Virus record (IMG/VR): IMGVR_UViG_3300033142_002332
Location: 1 to 60,634 of that record
DNA length: 60,634 nucleotides
Source of the DNA: a virus
Taxonomy: Duplodnaviria; Caudoviricetes
Strand: one strand, 5' to 3'
The notes under the pieces are model-generated. The model did no database searches, had not been told where the DNA came from, and was given only the letters and a program-made list of their open reading frames with translations. A program made the translations under genes and the position numbers. Shown here in pieces: positions 26,819 to 37,427 of the stretch (position 1 is its first letter; each line of letters begins with the position of its first letter).

Positions 26819-27565
26819 ATGTTTATTTTTGTTGATTTAGTTCTTGAAACTATCATATCAGAGGGCCTTGATGACATGAGGAATAACCTTGACGATAGGC
26901 TTAATATTATTTTTGCTCAATTAAAGGAAAGTTATTTAAATGCTGAATACGGCCAAACTGAACTTAATAGGTTTAAAACTTTTTTAACTAATGAAACTAT
27001 TCAAATAGTTCATAGCTATAGACAAATAGAGCAAAGGCTTCCTTGTATATATATCCAGCCTGTAGGTGGGGGTGAACAAGAGCCTAAATCTTTTATTAAC
27101 GATTATAGCGGAGATACAGATACTCTTGGAGGCGGGGGAACCTTTATAAGTGATAGAAAAGAAGAAAAAACGCTTGCTATTCAAGATCAGATTCAGGTTG
27201 GAATCCATGTAGGCGATCCAGGAGGAATAACAGCGCTTAGGTGGTTATATGCATCATTGGTGTATTATATTTTTTCAAGAAAAGAAGATCTAGTCAGTAG
27301 AGGAATAGATTTATCTACATGGAACACAACTGATTTTAATAGATTAAATGAGCTGTTAGAAAATGTTTATTCTAGGTATTTAACTTTTAATTGTTTGAAT
27401 TATGTAAGTTGGACTAAAAGGGAATCTGAAACAATAATTACCGATATAGATATGCATGGAGGAGTAGATGCTTCAGAGCCAGGTCAAAACTTAGGTGGTA
27501 TTAAAATAAAAAGTACAAAAGATAAAGAGTATGAAGAAAAATCTGTTTACACTATAGATAAGTGA
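26819..27565 (+). CDS. Putative tail terminator protein
   Basis: LPCIYI....E and VYSR.LTF patterns; last large gene before the sheath. Confidence 0.55.
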   Translation: MFIFVDLVLETIISEGLDDMRNNLDDRLNIIFAQLKESYLNAEYGQTELNRFKTFLTNETIQIVHSYRQIEQRLPCIYIQPVGGGEQEPKSFINDYSGDTDTLGGGGTFISDRKEEKTLAIQDQIQVGIHVGDPGGITALRWLYASLVYYIFSRKEDLVSRGIDLSTWNTTDFNRLNELLENVYSRYLTFNCLNYVSWTKRESETIITDIDMHGGVDASEPGQNLGGIKIKSTKDKEYEEKSVYTIDK

Positions 27566-27870
27566 GATCATATGTCTTTTATAAAATCATATTCTATTGA
27601 TTTTATTAAGTTTAAAAAAAGGTTTAAATTATTAAAGTTAGGATCTGAACTAGAAGCTAATAACTCATGGAAACATTTACTAGGCAATAATAATGTCATG
27701 AAAAAAAAGACTCTAGAAAAATTAAAAAATAAAGGTATAAGGCTTAGTGATTTAAACACCTTAAGAGTATTAATAAAATCTTCTATTTAAAGATGGAGTT
27801 CGCTTATTTATCTTGTGTTATTTAATAGATAAGATAAATCTTTTATACTTATAAAGTAAGGAGAATTATA

Positions 27871-28095
27871 ATGAAAAAAAATAAAAGAAAAGGTAAAATT
27901 GAGGAAAAAAAAACCTCTAACAAAAAGTTAGAGGTAACAAAAAACAAAATGCCTGTAGGTATTAGCATAAAACCTTGGCTAGTTAAACATAATATTAAAA
28001 AATGGGAATGGCATCCTAGAGAAGTATATGCAAAAAAAAACAATATGACAATAGCAACTTTACAAGAGTGGAATAAGTTTTTTGAAAAATATTAA
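27871..28095 (+). CDS. Small basic protein preceding tail sheath
   Basis: AAGGAG RBS; ends ATLQEWNKFFEKY. Confidence 0.55.
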   Translation: MKKNKRKGKIEEKKTSNKKLEVTKNKMPVGISIKPWLVKHNIKKWEWHPREVYAKKNNMTIATLQEWNKFFEKY

Positions 28096-28118
28096 TAGTA
28101 GATGGAAGGAATTAAAAA

Positions 28119-30203
28119 ATGGCAATTAAGATAGGCTTTAATGGAGCTAGTATTAATAAACCAGGAGCATATAGCGCTCTTAAAATATCACCTTTATCAG
28201 GATTTCCTTTAACTCCTACAGGAATAATAGGAATAGTAGGGCCAGCTGACGGAGGCGCTCCTGGTTTTTCTGGTCCTTTTTCTCAAGACAGTATACAAAC
28301 AGCTAAACAATCTTATGAGAGTGGCCCTATTGCTGATGCTATAGATTTACTTGTAAATCCAAGTAATGATGAAAGGATTGTTAATGGTGCTTCTACAATT
28401 TATATTTATAAAGTAAACAATTCAACTCAATCTACATTAGATCTTGCGAGTTCATGGGGGACTTTTACATCTAAAAAATATGGGTTAAGCGCTAATCAAG
28501 TAAATTCTAAAATAGAAACCGCCCAGGCAGAAGTTAACCCTACTTTTTCTTTTACTTATGTGGCTCCTAGCACTGATGCTACTTTTGGCGCTAGAGTAAA
28601 CGGAGGTGCACAGGTAAATGTTAGTATTGTTTCAAGTGATATTGCATCAGCAGCTGCAACTAAAATAGATGGCTTAACTGGATTAACTGCAACAGAAGAT
28701 AGTGGAATTATAACAGTTACTCTTACAAATAGCTCAGCAAGTGGTCTTGGGCTATCTCTTGAGATTTATGATGGTGTAGGAACAGATGATTTGACAGATA
28801 TAGGCATTTCTGCAGGAGATATCGGAATTGTTCACTCAAGTACAGCAGAAGAACAAGTACAATATACTTTAAATCATGTTAATGAAGAAGAAGAGGTATC
28901 TGAGGCCTTGGGTGGTACTTTTGGCATGTATCTTGGTTATGATGGCACTACTGGAACAGTAACGGTTTCTGATACTCAACTAACTACAACTGTTGTAGGA
29001 GGATTAGGGGCAAATTTAACGATAAATTTTGCTGATTATAATAATTTGCAAGAAGTTATTTTCTATATAGATACTCAGACGGGATATAGCTGTTCAACTG
29101 ACTATGTTTCTGCCTCTGTAGTTCAGCCTACTGTTCTTGATAATGTAACATCAGCTGGAATTTGTTCTGAAGCAGTTGACATAAAACCAGGAAAAATTAA
29201 AATCGATAGTTATGAATTTAGTTCTTATGTAAATGATAATTCTAACCTTTCTACCTGCGTAGAAACATTGAAATTAGGGTTACCTGATGCTTTAACAATA
29301 ACTTACTTCACTGGTGGTATTCTTGGAACATCTGCAAATAGCAATTTTCAAGCAGGATTTGATAAACTTAAACTGTTAAGGATAAACTCAGTAATACCTT
29401 TAATTGCTAAAGATGGATCTTCTGAAGGTTACGGGACTTATGATTGGGATACTGTAGCAGCACAACTCTTAACTCACGTTAAATGGGGATGGAGTACGAT
29501 AGGAAAAAGTGAAAGAAACGGTTATATAGGTAAAGAAGGAACTAAAGATGAACTTATAACAACTGCTAAGACATTAAATTCTGGTTATCTAAGTGTTACT
29601 GGACAAGAAGCTAAAAGAGTTAATTCTGCAGGCAATTTGGTCTTTTTGCCAGAATGGTCTAGCGCATGTCTTGTAGCTGGAATGCAAGCAGGATCTGAGA
29701 CAGGAGAGCCTCCTACATATAAGTATGTTAACGCGTCAGGAATCCAACAAGATGCTTCTTGGGACCCTAAACTAGATTTTTCAGAATTAATAGACGGTGG
29801 AATTACCTTTATTGAAAATGTAGATAGTGGTGGTTATAGGATTGTTGTCGGTAATACAACTTACGGTAAAGATAGCAATTTTGTTTGGAATAGAATATCT
29901 GTAGTTGAGGTTGGGGGCTATGTTTCTTATGATTTAAGGACTGCTCTTGAAAATGAGTTTACAGGAACAAAAGCAAAAACAGGTACTGCTACGGCTATAC
30001 TTAATTTTATTAAAGCTAGGATGACTCAATATCTTAATAGTAATATCATTGTTGCAGATGATGACGCTCCTCTTGGCTATGAAAATCTTAGTGTAGTAGT
30101 TAATGGCAATACTGCGGTCATTAACTCAACAATATTCCCAGTTCAAGGAATAGACTTTATTTTACCCACGTTCTATCTTGATTCTGCCGTTCAAACTGCT
30201 TAA
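28119..30203 (+). CDS. Tail sheath protein
   Basis: PGAYS N-terminus, IGIVG.ADGG.P, EPPTYK, YRIVVGNTTY, RISV; 694 aa; followed by a terminator. Confidence 0.92.
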   Translation: MAIKIGFNGASINKPGAYSALKISPLSGFPLTPTGIIGIVGPADGGAPGFSGPFSQDSIQTAKQSYESGPIADAIDLLVNPSNDERIVNGASTIYIYKVNNSTQSTLDLASSWGTFTSKKYGLSANQVNSKIETAQAEVNPTFSFTYVAPSTDATFGARVNGGAQVNVSIVSSDIASAAATKIDGLTGLTATEDSGIITVTLTNSSASGLGLSLEIYDGVGTDDLTDIGISAGDIGIVHSSTAEEQVQYTLNHVNEEEEVSEALGGTFGMYLGYDGTTGTVTVSDTQLTTTVVGGLGANLTINFADYNNLQEVIFYIDTQTGYSCSTDYVSASVVQPTVLDNVTSAGICSEAVDIKPGKIKIDSYEFSSYVNDNSNLSTCVETLKLGLPDALTITYFTGGILGTSANSNFQAGFDKLKLLRINSVIPLIAKDGSSEGYGTYDWDTVAAQLLTHVKWGWSTIGKSERNGYIGKEGTKDELITTAKTLNSGYLSVTGQEAKRVNSAGNLVFLPEWSSACLVAGMQAGSETGEPPTYKYVNASGIQQDASWDPKLDFSELIDGGITFIENVDSGGYRIVVGNTTYGKDSNFVWNRISVVEVGGYVSYDLRTALENEFTGTKAKTGTATAILNFIKARMTQYLNSNIIVADDDAPLGYENLSVVVNGNTAVINSTIFPVQGIDFILPTFYLDSAVQTA

Positions 30204-30219
30204 TTGTCTCGTCTTTATG

Positions 30220-30252
30220 TTAGGGTATTATTTAAATAATACCCTAATTTTT
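30220..30252 (+). terminator. Palindromic terminator after sheath
   Basis: Perfect 28-bp palindrome TTAGGGTATTATTTAAATAATACCCTAA plus T run. Confidence 0.75.
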
Positions 30253-30307
30253 CTTATTTAATTTTCTTCCTCAAGTTCTTTTTTAACTCTTCGAACAAGT
30301 TACTCTG

Positions 30308-30343
30308 TTGATTTTTTCTAAAATTTATATTATATTGTTCTTA
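30308..30343 (+). promoter_or_regulatory. Sigma70-type promoter, likely leaderless
   Basis: TTGATT (30308)-N17-TATATT (30331); ATG 7 nt after the -10; no RBS. Confidence 0.55.
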
Positions 30344-32181
30344 TGATAGAAAAAAAATATAAGAATAAAAAATGGCTTTATAGCAGGTATGTTATAAGAC
30401 AAATGTCTTTAAGACAAATAGCTAGTGAATGCAGTAAAGACATTGGTACTATGAAGAATTGGCTGAATAAACATGATATTCCAATGCATAGCAAAGAAGT
30501 TCAGTCTTCTATCCATTCTAGAGCAATAAAAAATAGAGATAAGAGTTTTCAGGAAAACAGAATAAAAAAGATTAAAAGTCTTTGGGATGAAAAAAGAAAA
30601 GTAAATTTTCCTTTATTAAATAAGGAATTTTTAGAGAAGAATTATCCTTTAAAGATTGTAAGGGATTTAGCTGAAGAAATAAAATGCACTAAGCGAATGA
30701 TACATGAAGCTTTAGATAGTTATAATATAAAGAAAAGAACATATAAGGAAGAGCATGAGTTGTCTCAAAGGAAGAGGTATGAATCAATACGTAACAATAC
30801 TTTTCACAATAAAGAGTGGTTAGAAGAAAAGTATAAAAATAGCTGTATAACTGATATATCAAAAGAATGTGGTGTTAATGCAGGTGCAATTTCTTATTGG
30901 TTGAATGTATTTAATATTCCAAAGCATGATAAAAAAACAAGAAAAGAAACTTTAAGAATAAAAGTAAAAGAGTATTGGAACAGTCTTACTGATAAAAACA
31001 GAAAAGAACTTACGATAAAAATACATAATTCTAAGAAAAAGAATGGTAGTTATGGGAAATCATTTACCGAAGATTTATTTGCTAGAAGCTTAATACAGAA
31101 TAATATTAAATTTGAGAGACAAAAAAAATATGACAGATGGCTTATAGATTTTTATCTTATTGATTATGGTATTTATATTCAGTTTGATGGAGATTATTGG
31201 CACGGTCATTTAAATACTATAGAAGAGTTAGAAAAAACAGAACAGGGAAAAGTAATTATTAAAACAATGAAAAGGGATAGTGAGCAAAATAAAGCTATAC
31301 CTAACCTTATTAGAATTTTGGATAGTGAATTTAACGATAGTTTATATTACTCTTATGACAGTGGGAAATGTAAAGATGAAATTGATAAAATAGTTAAAAT
31401 GAAGGGGGATTATTTTAGCTCTCCTATGTACAATAAAATTGTTCTGACGTATCAGCCTAGTTTTTATGAAGAAGAAAATAAGAGATGGAAACATAGGAAA
31501 ATAAAGGAAAAAATAATTAAAAACAGGTGTTCTTATTTAAACAAACTACCTTATGAACTAACAGATAAAGAGATACTTAGAGGCTTTAAAATTTCTGGCG
31601 TTAACTATGGGTTTAGTCATTTCAATCCTCTTTGGATAAAAGCTTTTATAGAAGAATATAGCATTAATAGTATATATGATCCATGTGCTGGATGGGGTCA
31701 TCGTTTACTAGGAGCTAACAACATTAAATATATAGGTAATGATATAGATACTACTGTTACTAATGGTCTTTTCAACATAGCAAAAGAGTTCAATTTACGT
31801 GATAAAATAATATACAATTACGATTCAAGTGAGTTTATACCTAAAGAGAGATATGAAGCTGTTTTTACATGTCCTCCTTATTTTAATTTAGAAAAATATA
31901 GTAGCAAAGAGACATCAACTAACAAGTATCCTGTTTATTCAGATTGGTTGAATCTTTGGTGGAAAAACACAGTAAGAAACAGTTTAGTTAATTGTTCTAA
32001 ATATTTTTGCTATGTTATATGTGATAAGTATAAAGAGGATATGAACAAAACATGTGTAACTTTAGGGCTAACTAAGGTAAAGGAGATAGAGCTAGGCTCT
32101 TCTAAAAAAGTATCTCACTTTAATAGAGCTAATAAAAAAGAAAAAGTTAAAAGTGATATATTAGTTATTTTTATGCTATAG
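30343..32181 (+). CDS. Fusion: three HTH repeats + Vsr/DUF559-like endonuclease + DNA amino-methyltransferase
   Basis: K.(W/F)L...Y...(S/R).(I/L)A.E...W/AL...IP repeats; FERQ...IDFY....IQFDGDYWHG; IYDPCAGWG.RLLGA (motif I) and FTCPPYF.LEKY (motif IV). Confidence 0.8.
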   Translation: MIEKKYKNKKWLYSRYVIRQMSLRQIASECSKDIGTMKNWLNKHDIPMHSKEVQSSIHSRAIKNRDKSFQENRIKKIKSLWDEKRKVNFPLLNKEFLEKNYPLKIVRDLAEEIKCTKRMIHEALDSYNIKKRTYKEEHELSQRKRYESIRNNTFHNKEWLEEKYKNSCITDISKECGVNAGAISYWLNVFNIPKHDKKTRKETLRIKVKEYWNSLTDKNRKELTIKIHNSKKKNGSYGKSFTEDLFARSLIQNNIKFERQKKYDRWLIDFYLIDYGIYIQFDGDYWHGHLNTIEELEKTEQGKVIIKTMKRDSEQNKAIPNLIRILDSEFNDSLYYSYDSGKCKDEIDKIVKMKGDYFSSPMYNKIVLTYQPSFYEEENKRWKHRKIKEKIIKNRCSYLNKLPYELTDKEILRGFKISGVNYGFSHFNPLWIKAFIEEYSINSIYDPCAGWGHRLLGANNIKYIGNDIDTTVTNGLFNIAKEFNLRDKIIYNYDSSEFIPKERYEAVFTCPPYFNLEKYSSKETSTNKYPVYSDWLNLWWKNTVRNSLVNCSKYFCYVICDKYKEDMNKTCVTLGLTKVKEIELGSSKKVSHFNRANKKEKVKSDILVIFML

Positions 32182-32275
32182 CTTAATAGTTTATATATGT
32201 AGTCGTGTAAATTATACTATTAAGAGTAGATGGAATAAAAGCTTACTATATTAGTTTTAATAAAAGGAGATAACA

Positions 32276-32677
32276 ATGGGAAAAGTTGTAACTGGTGCTA
32301 GAGCTATTTTTAGAATTAACGGGCAAAAAATAGCTTATGCATCAAATGTTAGTTATAACGAGAACATAGCTATCGAAGACATTAATGTTTTAGATAAATA
32401 TAACCCCGAAGAACTAGCCGAAACAGGGTACACAGTAGATTTTACTTGTAATGTTTTCGTACAAGAAGAAAGCACAATAAAAGAGCTTGGGTTAATGCCA
32501 AGATTTGAAGAACTAATGACAACAGGAGTCATGACATCAGAAATAATTGACCATAAAACTGAAAAAGTTCTTCTTGTTCTTTCTGGTGTTAAAAGCATAG
32601 GTAGATCTGGAACTATAGACTCTAGAGGAACAGCCACAGAAACTTGGAACTTTAGAGGATTAAAAGAAGAAAGTTAA
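32276..32677 (+). CDS. Tail tube protein
   Basis: 133 aa, KVVTGARA...YA..VSY.E...ETGY.V..T pattern; AAGGAG RBS; lies between sheath and chaperones. Confidence 0.85.
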   Translation: MGKVVTGARAIFRINGQKIAYASNVSYNENIAIEDINVLDKYNPEELAETGYTVDFTCNVFVQEESTIKELGLMPRFEELMTTGVMTSEIIDHKTEKVLLVLSGVKSIGRSGTIDSRGTATETWNFRGLKEES

Positions 32678-32713
32678 AATAGTTACAACAAAACAAATAA
32701 AGGAAAAACAAAA

Positions 32714-33103
32714 ATGATAGATTTGCCAGTAATGGAACATACATTTGAAATAAATAAAAAAGGAAAAAATGCACAAAAAGTATATACGGGTTCATTTACT
32801 TATAAGAGGCTTTCTATAGGAGATCAATCAAAAGCAGGAATATTAAAAACAAAACTTAACGGTGACCTTATAAACGTTGATCAAGATGTCAATCATTTGC
32901 ACGATATGTTAAGTTGGCTTAGATACGGATTAATAGAATATCCAGAATGGTGGAGAGACTGTAACTTTGGGAATGATCTTTTTGATGTAGACATAATCGA
33001 AGACATTTATAGACAGGTTTTTAAGTTTGAAACCGAGTGGGTAAAAAAGATAAATGAAAACTCTAATTCCTCTACAGAAACTAGCAGTAAAGAGGATAAA
33101 TAG
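32714..33103 (+). CDS. Tail assembly chaperone
   Basis: Y.G.F.YKR.S....P.WW pattern; position after tube. Confidence 0.65.
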   Translation: MIDLPVMEHTFEINKKGKNAQKVYTGSFTYKRLSIGDQSKAGILKTKLNGDLINVDQDVNHLHDMLSWLRYGLIEYPEWWRDCNFGNDLFDVDIIEDIYRQVFKFETEWVKKINENSNSSTETSSKEDK

Positions 33104-33443
33104 AGATCCTAATTTTTATTTAACTCAATGGTGGTGTAATAAATATAATTTACCACGAAATCATTCCTTATTGTTATCCCTAACCTGGGAAGAGTTATAC
33201 TTCGAATACATCACAGATTTTTATTCCAATAGCCCTGACGACTTAAAAGAAGCTGAGGGGCTATTGGGTTACAAAGAAGGCTCTTGGACTGGTTCTACTT
33301 CTGATAAGCATGAAAAAGATATGAAAGCTAAGTTAAAAAAACTACCGAAGGTTGATTTATCTGAATGGCAAGAAGATGTAGAAAAAGGGAACGATCAATT
33401 TGAGGATACTTTTAACGAGGAGTTAGATGGAAAAAACGATTAA
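33054..33443 (+). CDS. Second tail assembly chaperone
   Basis: WW..KY.LP.NH..L..LT.E pattern; directly before TMP. Confidence 0.6.
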   Translation: MKTLIPLQKLAVKRINRDPNFYLTQWWCNKYNLPRNHSLLLSLTWEELYFEYITDFYSNSPDDLKEAEGLLGYKEGSWTGSTSDKHEKDMKAKLKKLPKVDLSEWQEDVEKGNDQFEDTFNEELDGKND

Positions 33444-35913
33444 AATATCTGCGGATATAAAAAACGTAAAGAGTAGCCTATCTGAACTTGATGGATTAAT
33501 TAAACAAACTGTTAAACTCCCAAGAAAAATTGACATCCTTGATAAGAATCAAGTTGATGTAATGAAGAAATGGGCTTCTAAACAAATACCTACCGTTAGA
33601 AAAGACCTAATAAAGTTAAAAGATTCAATGAAGGGAATGTCAGACGTAAACCTTTTATTAAAAACTAAAAAAGAAGCTATTAGTTTAGAAAAACAATTAA
33701 AACGACTTGAAAAAATAAAGATAGGTAAATTAGAAGGAACTAAGCCTGGAATGCTTAGTAAGATGCCAGGAATCGGTAAAATGGGCGCATTAGCGATGGG
33801 TGGCCTAGCTGGCCTTGGCGTAATGAGAGGAGTTCAAGGGTACGGCCAAAGAATGACAGAAGTTCCTCAAAGGCTTAGGCTAGCAGGAGCAATGGGAGTA
33901 GATCAATATAAAGGATTTCGTAAACAAGGCGGAGCTTATAGAGGAAAAGAATTAGGATTTGATGTTAACGAAACACTCGAACAAGCAAATAAATTAATAA
34001 GAGCCGTTGGAGATTTAAGAGGATTAACTCAAGTACAAAAAACTGCTCGTGCTTTTGGGATGGATTCAGGCCAAATAACCTCCCAGATGGGAGCGCTAAG
34101 AAAGGCAGGAGGTCAAGAACAAACTCAAAAGAACTTTGCTTTATTAGTTGGTTCAGCTGTATCAAGTAATCTTGACCAAGGCTTGCTTGCTGAGTATATG
34201 GAGGCTACTTCTGGTTTCGTTCAACAAATAGCTACTGAAGGAACAGCTGATACAAAACAATTAATGACGGCAGTAAGTGGAATAGTAAGGCAAGGTGGTT
34301 TATTAGAAGATTCTGCAAGAACAACATCTAGACTTACAAGCGTACATGAAAGCATAAAGCAATCTCAAGGGGCTAAACTTGGATTTTTTGCTCAAGCGTT
34401 TGAGGGCATGCTCGGACCTAAATCTACAGGATCACAGGCGCTCCTTGCTCTTAATCAAGGTTTGTTTGGCGCAAACACATCTAGGTTAACAGCTATAGAT
34501 CCGCAAGAAAGGTCACAATTAGGGTTAGGAGGAGCAGGATTCCAGAGAAGATCTCAGGCAATAACTGAATCTTTTGATCAATTAACTAAAGGAATGGACG
34601 TCTCTTCTAAAGCTTTAATTGCTAGTAAGTTAACTGGAGTTAAAGATGCTGGTGAAGCTTATAACTTTATGAACTCATTAAAACAAGGTAACTATTCAGA
34701 AGAAGAATTAAAACGAAAATACAAAGAAGCAAAAGCTACACCAGAAGAATCAGCAATAAACGATATGAAAACTCTTCTTGATATGAGGTTAAAGACTGTA
34801 GACTCACATAACAAAGAGCATTTGTCTAGGTTAGGTGAAATAATAGCTCCTACTATAGCAGATGTTAAAGCTACTCTTTTAGATATAGAAGACGCTACAT
34901 TAACACCAATACTTAGAGAGCTTTCATCTAACTTACCGCAAATGGTGGAATTTCTTGGTTCATTAGTAAAACATTTTACAGGTGACGAAGGGTTTTTAGG
35001 TAAAATAGGTAAAGGCCTAGCTAATCTTATTACAGGCGGCGAAGTGTCTAGAGTAGAAAAGGAACTTAAAGATCTACAGAAAAAAAGTCTGTTAAGTGAC
35101 TTAAGAGAAAAAAAAGTACAAAGGCCTCTTAGAGAATCTTTGCAAAATCTTAAAGCACCTTCTTCTAACTTAACTACAAGAGATGTAAGAAGAATAGAGA
35201 AAGGAATGTCACAAGCTACTCCTGAACAGGTAGAAACTATTAAAAAACAAGCTTGGGAAAAAATAGCTGTTACTACATTAGACATAGCAAGGAGTAGAAA
35301 AGAAGGAAAAGAAATAAATGAAGGTCAATCAGTACAATCTATACTTAATGCTTGGAAGTTACTCCCTAAAAATACTGATAGGCCTAAAAAATTAACCAGC
35401 ATAATGGGCGATGTTTTAAAAATAACTAAAGGCGATCCAGAATTAGAAAAACACTGGGAAAATGTAACAAAACAAATAAAACAAAAATCTAAAAAAGATG
35501 GTAGGGAATTAGATTTAAGCTCTAATGCTCTTAACATTAGAAAAGATGACATTCAAAGTAGGGAATTAGATTTAAGCTCTAATGCTCTTAACATTAGAAA
35601 AGATGACATTCAAAGTACAGAGTCTGCCTTAATACCTCAGGTTGAATTGCCTAGAAGTGATATTGAAAATATAGAGAAAAGAAAAATCACACAAGAATCA
35701 GCACAATCTCAAGAAAGTAAAGAAAAGAGCAATTCTAGCTTAGACTCTAGAATATCAAAATTAGCTAATTCAGTAGAAAAATTAATAAGAACAGTAGACG
35801 TCAATACTAAATCTACAGATGATAATACTAGAGAAAAAAAGCCTACATCTCAAGGCTTTATAAAGTATCAGCCTGGAACAGTGGGCGGTTCTTTTGGAAC
35901 TAGGAGAAGCTGA
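33427..35913 (+). CDS. Tape measure protein
   Basis: 828 aa, helical, G/A/M-rich stretch; canonical position. Confidence 0.8.
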   Translation: MEKTIKISADIKNVKSSLSELDGLIKQTVKLPRKIDILDKNQVDVMKKWASKQIPTVRKDLIKLKDSMKGMSDVNLLLKTKKEAISLEKQLKRLEKIKIGKLEGTKPGMLSKMPGIGKMGALAMGGLAGLGVMRGVQGYGQRMTEVPQRLRLAGAMGVDQYKGFRKQGGAYRGKELGFDVNETLEQANKLIRAVGDLRGLTQVQKTARAFGMDSGQITSQMGALRKAGGQEQTQKNFALLVGSAVSSNLDQGLLAEYMEATSGFVQQIATEGTADTKQLMTAVSGIVRQGGLLEDSARTTSRLTSVHESIKQSQGAKLGFFAQAFEGMLGPKSTGSQALLALNQGLFGANTSRLTAIDPQERSQLGLGGAGFQRRSQAITESFDQLTKGMDVSSKALIASKLTGVKDAGEAYNFMNSLKQGNYSEEELKRKYKEAKATPEESAINDMKTLLDMRLKTVDSHNKEHLSRLGEIIAPTIADVKATLLDIEDATLTPILRELSSNLPQMVEFLGSLVKHFTGDEGFLGKIGKGLANLITGGEVSRVEKELKDLQKKSLLSDLREKKVQRPLRESLQNLKAPSSNLTTRDVRRIEKGMSQATPEQVETIKKQAWEKIAVTTLDIARSRKEGKEINEGQSVQSILNAWKLLPKNTDRPKKLTSIMGDVLKITKGDPELEKHWENVTKQIKQKSKKDGRELDLSSNALNIRKDDIQSRELDLSSNALNIRKDDIQSTESALIPQVELPRSDIENIEKRKITQESAQSQESKEKSNSSLDSRISKLANSVEKLIRTVDVNTKSTDDNTREKKPTSQGFIKYQPGTVGGSFGTRRS
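35501..35617 (+). repeat. Perfect 57-bp in-frame tandem duplication in TMP
   Basis: 35501-35557 equals 35558-35614 (RELDLSSNALNIRKDDIQS twice). Confidence 0.95.
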
Positions 35914-37379
35914 TGGCAAATACTTTTGGATCAGGTGATTTATCAGGAGGAAACAATAAAGGTGTTAGGGTTCCTGTAAGTACAGTTAGTGCATGTAGGG
36001 TTGTTGTCTATAGCTACAGAAACAGGGTTGTTACTGGGAGCGTAGCAGAAACCACATCCAACAGAATAGAAATACAAAAAGAAATGCTGTCTTATGAATA
36101 TACTAAGAATATAGGTTCTCCCTCTGGATCTTTTACATTTCAAGTAACAGCTAACAAGAACTGGAAAGCTGTTATTTCTCCAGGTGACTGGGTTGTAGTT
36201 TACTTATCAAATGAAGGTAAAGAGCATAAAAGACTGCTAGGCAATGTAGATAGGGTTTCTCAGTTTACAACTAGAAACGACAAGGGGTTATTAGAAACTA
36301 GCTACGTTATATCTGGTAGAGATTTCGGCAAAGTATTTGAAACAACTAACATATGGTTTCATCCTTTAAATACAACTAAATTAATATTACCAGTTATCCT
36401 TCTAAAAGGAAGCCCTGATACATTAATAAACAAGCTGTTAGGTCTATTTTTAGGTAAAGATATTCCAATCAAGGCATTATTAAAACAAATACAATTATTC
36501 CAGTATCAGGTGCTTCCTATAGGGTTAGCTCTTGAGCTTGGAGCTACAGGAATTAGTTTTTATGATATTTTACAGAAAAACACTCAAAAATTACAGGGTA
36601 AAAAAGTAATTGATAATTTATCTACGATACAAGGAGATATATGGAGCATATTAAAATCTAACAGTAACGATGTAGTAAACGAATTATATACTGAACTTAT
36701 AGATGGCAAACCTACGATAACATTGAGAACAAAACCTTTTGCTAAAAAATCTATTACTAATGGTCCGACTAGTGATATTAATTATTTTTTAGATTTGGAT
36801 CAGGTTATAGTAAAAGGAGCAGATATTATTGGAAGTGATTTAGGGACTTCTGATGAAGACAGGTTTAATTTATTTTTAATGACTGCTAATGCTGATTTCC
36901 TTGGCGTTTCACAACTTGCTAGTCAGCTTAGACCTAACTGGCCTAACATTCAACAAGCATCAATTCAAAGGTATGGTCTTAGGATAATGTATGTCGATAC
37001 AGATTTTGCTTTAGTAAGTGGAGATGGCAAAAATGAGAAAATTAAACCAGAATTGTTAAGAGAGTGGAATGAATTGCTATATCATTTTTACAACAACGCT
37101 ATTTTTCTTGAAGCTGGAACGATTGAGTTAGAAAAAGCTAACCCTAATATTAAGGTAGGAAAAACCCTCATCATACAACAATCACAGATAAACCAAAATA
37201 AAATATTTTATATAGAAGGTTATAGCGATAACTGGAGCTATCCTGGAAACTGGAAACAATCTCTCCAGTTAACAAGAGGTCAGTATCTTGTTAAAGGCAG
37301 TGAAAAATTTACTTATACAATAGACTCTAAAGATAAAGTTTATACTGGTCAAACAGTTTACAGTAAAGTAGTAAGGTAG
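35913..37379 (+). CDS. Baseplate hub protein
   Basis: PSGSFTF, I.PGDWV, GNVDRV, ISGRDFGK, RYGLR, FYIEG....W..LTRG. Confidence 0.75.
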   Translation: MANTFGSGDLSGGNNKGVRVPVSTVSACRVVVYSYRNRVVTGSVAETTSNRIEIQKEMLSYEYTKNIGSPSGSFTFQVTANKNWKAVISPGDWVVVYLSNEGKEHKRLLGNVDRVSQFTTRNDKGLLETSYVISGRDFGKVFETTNIWFHPLNTTKLILPVILLKGSPDTLINKLLGLFLGKDIPIKALLKQIQLFQYQVLPIGLALELGATGISFYDILQKNTQKLQGKKVIDNLSTIQGDIWSILKSNSNDVVNELYTELIDGKPTITLRTKPFAKKSITNGPTSDINYFLDLDQVIVKGADIIGSDLGTSDEDRFNLFLMTANADFLGVSQLASQLRPNWPNIQQASIQRYGLRIMYVDTDFALVSGDGKNEKIKPELLREWNELLYHFYNNAIFLEAGTIELEKANPNIKVGKTLIIQQSQINQNKIFYIEGYSDNWSYPGNWKQSLQLTRGQYLVKGSEKFTYTIDSKDKVYTGQTVYSKVVR

Positions 37380-37427
37380 TTTTTGTTTTTTAATTGTTTA
37401 AACAACATATAAAAAATAAGGAAACAA

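Noticed and set aside
33041-33057. Programmed -1 frameshift at A AAA AAG joining the two tail chaperones
   Set aside because: The heptamer is in frame, but the -1 frame stops at TGA 33055 and the second ORF is in the other frame, preceded by TAA 33051; no fusion is possible from this site.
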